64,000 nucleotides of DNA from Salinivirgaceae bacterium (GTDB taxonomy: Bacteria > Bacteroidota > Bacteroidia > Bacteroidales > SZUA-534): NCBI GenBank assembly GCA_050251815.1, contig JBFWMB010000005.1, forward strand, positions 17,787 to 81,786. Direction: 5' to 3'. Position 1 is the first letter of the stretch. Each line of letters opens with the position of its first letter. The notes beneath the pieces were generated by a model. It did not search any database, was not told the DNA's origin, and saw only the letters and a list, made by a program, of their open reading frames with translations. A program made the position numbers and the translations under genes. Shown here one piece after another: positions 58,930-64,000 of the stretch.

Positions 58930-59547
58930 ATGCTTGTAATTGGTATTGCCGGAGGCACAGGTTCAGGAAAGACAACAGTTGTAAAAAAAATAATGTCGAG
59001 CCTTACTGCTGACGAAGTTGCGCTGGTAACTCAGGATTCTTACTATAAAGACAATGGCCACCTGCCCCTTGAAGAACGACAGAAAATTAACTTTGACCAC
59101 CCCGATGCCATTGAGTTTGACTTGCTAACCAGGCATGTTCACGCATTAAAAAACGGTCAATCGGTTGAAGAACCCATATACAGTTACCTGACCTGTACCC
59201 GTGCTAAAGAAACCAAAACAGTAAAACCTAAAAAAGTAATTATTGTTGAAGGAATTTTGATTCTGGGGCACCAGGCTTTGCGCGAGTTGTTCGATATAAA
59301 AGTATTTGTATCGGCCGATGCCGACGATCGTTTAATTCGGGTTATAAACCGCGACATTATTGAACGCGGACGTACCGTTGATGTGGTACTCGAACGATAT
59401 CACCAATCGGTTAAACCCATGCACCTTCAATTTATTGAACCCACCAAACGTTATGCCGACCTGATAATTCCACAAGGCGGGCACAACAAGGTGGCAATTG
59501 ATATATTAACAACCATTATAAAACTCAATTTGCAAAAAGAAAATTGA
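58930..59547 (+). CDS. udk: Uridine kinase
   Basis: GIAGGTGSGKTT, QDSYY, NFDHP and FIEPTKRYAD motifs. Confidence 0.96.
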   Translation: MLVIGIAGGTGSGKTTVVKKIMSSLTADEVALVTQDSYYKDNGHLPLEERQKINFDHPDAIEFDLLTRHVHALKNGQSVEEPIYSYLTCTRAKETKTVKPKKVIIVEGILILGHQALRELFDIKVFVSADADDRLIRVINRDIIERGRTVDVVLERYHQSVKPMHLQFIEPTKRYADLIIPQGGHNKVAIDILTTIIKLNLQKEN

Positions 59548-59548
59548 C

Positions 59549-60286
59549 ATGGCCGATAAAATAAAAGAAGAAAATATTCTTTTTATTGATATCGAAACAG
59601 CAGCGCAGCAAAAGAATTACAACGATTTGAACGAGCGTTTGAAAGAACTTTGGGCAAAAAAAATGCGCTGGTACATGGATAAAGAGTCGAAAACAGCCGA
59701 AGAATTATACGAAAAGGCAGCTATTTGGGCAGAGTTTGGAAAAGTAGTTTGCATTTCGGCCGGCTACATAACCAAGAAGAACGGGGAGCGCATTTTTCGA
59801 CTAAAATCATTTTATGGACATAACGAAAAGGAATTACTCACCAATTTTTCAGCTTTATTAAACCAGCATTTTAACAAAGACAAGCACCTGCTTTGCGCAC
59901 ACAATGGCAAAGAGTTTGATTTTCCTTACCTCTCGCGCCGCATGTTGGTAAACGGTGTGAGCCTGCCCAAACTACTCGACAATGCAGGCAAAAAACCCTG
60001 GGAAATTAAACACATCGACACCTTGGAATTATGGAAGTTTGGCGACGTTAAACACTACACCTCACTCGATTTACTTGCTGCAATTTTCAACATCCCCTCA
60101 CCAAAAGACCAGATTGACGGCAGCAAGGTAAATCAGGTCTACTGGGAAGAACAAAACCTGGCAAAAATTGCCGAATACTGCCAAAAAGATGTGGTCACCA
60201 TTTGCAAACTGTATCTTAAGCTAAATGGCGAACAGGAAACTGAAATGCTGCCCATTGAAATTGCCAATCCGGCTATCAGCAATTAA
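59549..60286 (+). CDS. PolB-like 3'-5' exonuclease (DEDD)
   Basis: FIDIET, HNGKEFDFP, DTLELW and YCQKDV motifs. Confidence 0.9.
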   Translation: MADKIKEENILFIDIETAAQQKNYNDLNERLKELWAKKMRWYMDKESKTAEELYEKAAIWAEFGKVVCISAGYITKKNGERIFRLKSFYGHNEKELLTNFSALLNQHFNKDKHLLCAHNGKEFDFPYLSRRMLVNGVSLPKLLDNAGKKPWEIKHIDTLELWKFGDVKHYTSLDLLAAIFNIPSPKDQIDGSKVNQVYWEEQNLAKIAEYCQKDVVTICKLYLKLNGEQETEMLPIEIANPAISN

Positions 60287-61083
60287 AGTAAAAAGTTTTT
60301 TACCAGTGTCAAAAAGGCTTCGGGTTCTTCAGCATGCACCCAGTGGCTTGCCAATGGAATGGTTTCAATCCGCACGTTTCGAAACCATTCTCTGATAAGC
60401 GTTTCATCCTTCTCGCGGATATAGTCTGATTGCCCACCCCGAATAAAAAGAGCAGCATAACGGAAATCTTCCAAACCAGCGGCTTCATCTTCAACACCTA
60501 TTAAAACCTGGGGCAAACTCTGGTAAAGCACATCGAGGTTAATTTTCCAGCTAAAACTTTTATCTTTATTACGATGCAGGTTTTTTAACAAGAACTGCCT
60601 GATACGATTCGAATTAATCTGTTTAGCCAACAGAGCATCGGCTTCGTTCCTGCTTTTTAGTTTTTGTAAATCGACCGAAAACAGGGCTTTCATAATAGTT
60701 TGGTGATCGGCTATCTGACTGTCGCCCGAATCGGATGAATAACTGCGCGGACTGATATCGACAATTACCAGGTTTTTTACCCGTTCGGGATTTAATGCCG
60801 TAAACATCATGGCAACTTTTCCACCCATGGAATGCCCAATAATATTGGCCGAATAAATCTGTTGTTCGTTCATAAACTCAATCAAATCGTCGGTCATTAC
60901 CTGGTAATTATGTTCCGGAAGGTGCGGTGAATCGCCATGGTTCCGCAAATCGGGCAAATAAACCGAGAAAAAATCCATCAATTCACGGGCAACAGAAACC
61001 CAGTTATCGGATGAACCATACAAACCGTGTAAAATTATCAGGGGTTCTCCGGCACCATATTTCTTAAAACTTAGTTTGGCCAT
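60283..61083 (-). CDS. Alpha/beta hydrolase (YbfF-like esterase)
   Basis: LHGL.GS.DNW, DLRNHG, GHSMGG and HWVHAE motifs. Confidence 0.9.
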   Translation of the reverse strand: MAKLSFKKYGAGEPLIILHGLYGSSDNWVSVARELMDFFSVYLPDLRNHGDSPHLPEHNYQVMTDDLIEFMNEQQIYSANIIGHSMGGKVAMMFTALNPERVKNLVIVDISPRSYSSDSGDSQIADHQTIMKALFSVDLQKLKSRNEADALLAKQINSNRIRQFLLKNLHRNKDKSFSWKINLDVLYQSLPQVLIGVEDEAAGLEDFRYAALFIRGGQSDYIREKDETLIREWFRNVRIETIPLASHWVHAEEPEAFLTLVKNFLL

Positions 61084-61191
61084 AGCTTATAAAACAAATT
61101 AATCGCAACAAATGTCATATTTATCAAACAAAAATATAATAATGTTCAAATTTCTCTATTTTTACAGAGCCTCAAAAAAAAGTAATGAAAA

Positions 61192-61857
61192 ATGATTGCG
61201 ATTGATTTAATTTCGGATGTAGTACCTGCAATACACAAAAACGACACTGCCAGCGAGGCTTTGAACTGGATGGATGTGTTCCGGGTTTCGCATTTGCCCA
61301 TTGTAGTCGATGAGGAGTACCTGGGTTTGATTTCGGAAACCGACATTTTCGATATGAATAATCCCGACAAGCGGGTTATGGATCATGAACTTTCATTGCC
61401 CCGGCCTTTTATTACCGAAAATCAACATATATACGAAGCCGCAGTTTTGGTTGCCAAATACAAATTAACTGTTATTCCGGTTTTAACTACCGATGAAAAA
61501 TACCTTGGCATAATTACCATTAACGATTTGGCACAAGAATTTTCACACTTAATGTCAGCAAATAATCCGGGTGGAATTATTGTTTTGGAATTACGCACCA
61601 ACGATTATTCGCTAAGCGAAATTGCACAAATTGTTGAAGGGAACGATGTTAAAATACTGAGTTTGTATGTTAAAACCACTCCAACTAACGAATTTGTTGA
61701 GATAACCCTAAAATTAAATAAAAACGACATATCGGCTGTAATTCAAACATTTGAACGCTACAGCTACAAAATAAAAGCCACCTATGCCGAAAGCAAAGAA
61801 ATTGATGTGATGCTAAAGGAGCGGCTCGATTCATTCCTAAAATATTTGAACACTTAG
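61192..61857 (+). CDS. CBS-domain protein (AcuB-like)
   Basis: Tandem CBS repeats (HLPIV, YLGLI, VIPVL, YLGII) plus an ACT-like C-terminus. Confidence 0.85.
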   Translation: MIAIDLISDVVPAIHKNDTASEALNWMDVFRVSHLPIVVDEEYLGLISETDIFDMNNPDKRVMDHELSLPRPFITENQHIYEAAVLVAKYKLTVIPVLTTDEKYLGIITINDLAQEFSHLMSANNPGGIIVLELRTNDYSLSEIAQIVEGNDVKILSLYVKTTPTNEFVEITLKLNKNDISAVIQTFERYSYKIKATYAESKEIDVMLKERLDSFLKYLNT

Positions 61858-63278
61858 TGAGATTCTATTCTATATTACCGATACCATCGTTTCTAATTTT
61901 GTTACTTGTTGTATTGGTGGGTTCAGCTCAAAGCAAACCATTACCCGCCGATACCAATAGAATTATTATTGCAAAACTTGTAATTGCCGGAAACAAAACA
62001 ACCAAAGAGTCGGTTATCCGGCGTGAGTTGCTTTTCAAATCGGGCGACACCATAGCTGTAGAAAATTTTAACTTTTTTATTGAAAAATCGAAAGAAAATT
62101 TACTAAATACCGCTCTCTTTAATTATGTGTATATAAATACCTTTCGCGAATCTCCCACACAGGTATCAGTTTATATTTTGCTTGAAGAACGCTGGTATTT
62201 ATGGCCTTATGTGATTTTTGAACATGCCGACCGAAATTTTAGTGCCTTTTTAAATGAAAAAGACTGGTCGCGCATTAACTATGGCGTGATGCTGGTTAAG
62301 AACAACTTTAGAGGAAAGCGCCAAACAGTAAAAGTAAAATTTCGCCTGGGATACAAAGAGCAATATCAGATTTATTACGACAATCCTTACCTTTCAAAAA
62401 ATCAAAAACATGGATTTACCACCGACATAACCTACTTCAGACAGAAGCAGGTTCAATACATTACCCTAAACGACAAACCTCAACAGTATAGCAATTTCTC
62501 CGACTACATGCTAACGCATCAGAGTTATAATTTTACTTATTATTTTAGAAACAAGCATTACACCGTACACAAACTAAGTACAAACTTAACTAAGGCTTCG
62601 ATAGCTGATACCATTGTGTCGCTGAATCCCAATTTTTTTGGAAATAATAAAAACCAACTTCGCTATTTTTCTCTGGCCTACATGATGGATCACGACAAAA
62701 GAGATTATAAATACTATCCTTTAACAGGATACAATGTAACTTTTTCGCTCGCCAGAAAAGGATTGAATCTTTTTAATACCGATCAGATAGCTATATGGGA
62801 TCTCCAAACAGCTGCATATACCTATTTTAAAATTTACAATCGTTGGTATACGGGAACAGGAGGCAAATTAAAACTATCGACCCGCGAGAAACAACCCTAT
62901 TTTATCGAAGGGGCATTGGGTTACGATGAGTTCCTTCGTTCTTTTGAATACAACCTGATTGATGGTCAACATTACATGATTAACCGGGCATTTTTAAAAT
63001 ACGAAGTAATACCTACTCGAGTAAAAGTAATTGAATCGTGGAACTGGGCAAAATTCAATAAAATTCATTACGCACTATACACCAATGTATTCTTCGACCA
63101 TGGCTATGTTTACGATATTTCGCCCGACCCATCGAACAAACTCCCCAACCAATATTTGTACAGCTTTGGTTTGGGAATCGATTTGGTCACCTATTACGAT
63201 CAGGTTTTTCGTTTTGAATATTCGGTAAATCCCAAAGGTCCCGATGGATTTTTTATTCACCTTGGAAAGGCCTTTTAG
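61857..63278 (+). CDS. POTRA + Omp85/BamA-TamA-family outer membrane protein
   Basis: GNKTTKESVIRREL (POTRA), EERWY.WP, N.RG and a beta-barrel with terminal Phe. GTG start. Confidence 0.85.
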   Translation: MRFYSILPIPSFLILLLVVLVGSAQSKPLPADTNRIIIAKLVIAGNKTTKESVIRRELLFKSGDTIAVENFNFFIEKSKENLLNTALFNYVYINTFRESPTQVSVYILLEERWYLWPYVIFEHADRNFSAFLNEKDWSRINYGVMLVKNNFRGKRQTVKVKFRLGYKEQYQIYYDNPYLSKNQKHGFTTDITYFRQKQVQYITLNDKPQQYSNFSDYMLTHQSYNFTYYFRNKHYTVHKLSTNLTKASIADTIVSLNPNFFGNNKNQLRYFSLAYMMDHDKRDYKYYPLTGYNVTFSLARKGLNLFNTDQIAIWDLQTAAYTYFKIYNRWYTGTGGKLKLSTREKQPYFIEGALGYDEFLRSFEYNLIDGQHYMINRAFLKYEVIPTRVKVIESWNWAKFNKIHYALYTNVFFDHGYVYDISPDPSNKLPNQYLYSFGLGIDLVTYYDQVFRFEYSVNPKGPDGFFIHLGKAF

Positions 63279-63336
63279 GGCGATAAAAAATGTTATCTTC
63301 GCAACATAATTTAATTAATCATAAAATACCACAATT

Positions 63337-64000
63337 GTGAAAATAGGATTGTTTGGCATCCAGGCAACTGAAAATTGCAAATATGTTTTAAATCAATTGG
63401 TTAAAATATTAATTGAAAAAAAAGCACAGCTTTGGATACATCCTTTTTTTTTCGAACTATTTTCAGCAATTCAAAAACAATTCAAAGTCCCTGTTGACGC
63501 CATTATACAATCTGAAAAAATTCCTGCCGATTTAAACTACCTAATCACCATTGGTGGCGATGGTACTTTTTTAGAAGCCGTATCGGCAATCAATTTACAA
63601 AAAATTCCCTTATTGGGTGTAAATACGGGCAGACTGGGATTTCTGGCCGATGTTTCACCCGGTGAAATTCCTGAAGCTATTGAAGCTTTATACAAAAATG
63701 AATTCAGAATCGAAGAACGAAGTGTACTTAAAGCTAAACTTTTCCCGGAACAAAATATTACTTTTCCCTTTGCATTAAACGATTTAACCGTTCATAAACG
63801 CGACACGTCGAGCATGATAGCTATTCAGGCTTATATTGACGATGTGTTTCTAACCCAATACTGGGCCGATGGATTAATCATTGCAACTCCCACGGGTTCA
63901 ACGGCTTATTCTATGAGTGCCGGAGGACCAATTGTTACACCAGAGTCGAATAATTTTATTATTACCCCCATTGCATCGCACAACCTAACCGTGCGACCAC
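63337..64000 (+). CDS. nadK: NAD kinase (partial, runs off the window edge)
   Basis: Not in the ORF track. Hand translation from GTG at 63337 gives IGGDGTFL, GVNTGRLGFL, ALND, ADGLIIATPTGSTAYSMSAGGP and PIASH motifs. Confidence 0.95.
   Translation, partial: MKIGLFGIQATENCKYVLNQLVKILIEKKAQLWIHPFFFELFSAIQKQFKVPVDAIIQSEKIPADLNYLITIGGDGTFLEAVSAINLQKIPLLGVNTGRLGFLADVSPGEIPEAIEALYKNEFRIEERSVLKAKLFPEQNITFPFALNDLTVHKRDTSSMIAIQAYIDDVFLTQYWADGLIIATPTGSTAYSMSAGGPIVTPESNNFIITPIASHNLTVRP

Noticed and set aside
59549-60286. DEDD exonuclease as a Cas or defence nuclease
   Set aside because: It is a common PolB-like exonuclease coupled to udk in a housekeeping context.
1084-63260. Many 60-190-aa ORFs antisense to or out of frame within recognised genes
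   Set aside because: They overlap well-supported CDSs and show no motifs or independent expression signals.

Overview
This is a chromosomal core region of a Bacteroidota bacterium. The Bacteroidales/Marinilabiliales-like placement is inferred from the gene content and TAnnTTTG -7 promoter elements. In order it holds: a secreted beta-repeat protein with a small HTH gene; a molybdenum-cofactor cluster (moeA-moaA-moaC, MOSC, MOSC-like/mogA) interrupted by an SLC12-like transporter and a SiaC-like gene; TlpA; an HD hydrolase; a T9SS plug-like protein; the complete nqrABCDEF-apbE locus; a fused 2-oxoacid dehydrogenase E1; NhaC; wzc-wza; a 2.1k-aa T9SS cargo with 13 FN3-like repeats followed by a tiny PID-CTERM-like protein and an exosortase; a housekeeping run (pheT, surE, lpxB, pth, rplY, prs, yihA, manA, udk, nadK); and a TolC/MacB-like efflux set. 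I saw no rRNA, tRNA, CRISPR array, transposase or integrase. The strongest leads are (1) the T9SS cargo + micro sorting peptide + exosortase cassette next to wza-wzc, (2) an unannotated structured sRNA candidate at about 45.49-45.62 kb with a sigma-54-type promoter and a terminator, (3) a 5S rRNA loop-E-like hairpin in the rplY (L25) leader, (4) an unannotated NqrM-like 4-Cys microprotein, (5) FNR-like boxes upstream of nqrA, and (6) a ~22-bp degenerate tandem repeat after apbE. All family assignments come from motif recognition by eye; no database searches were run.
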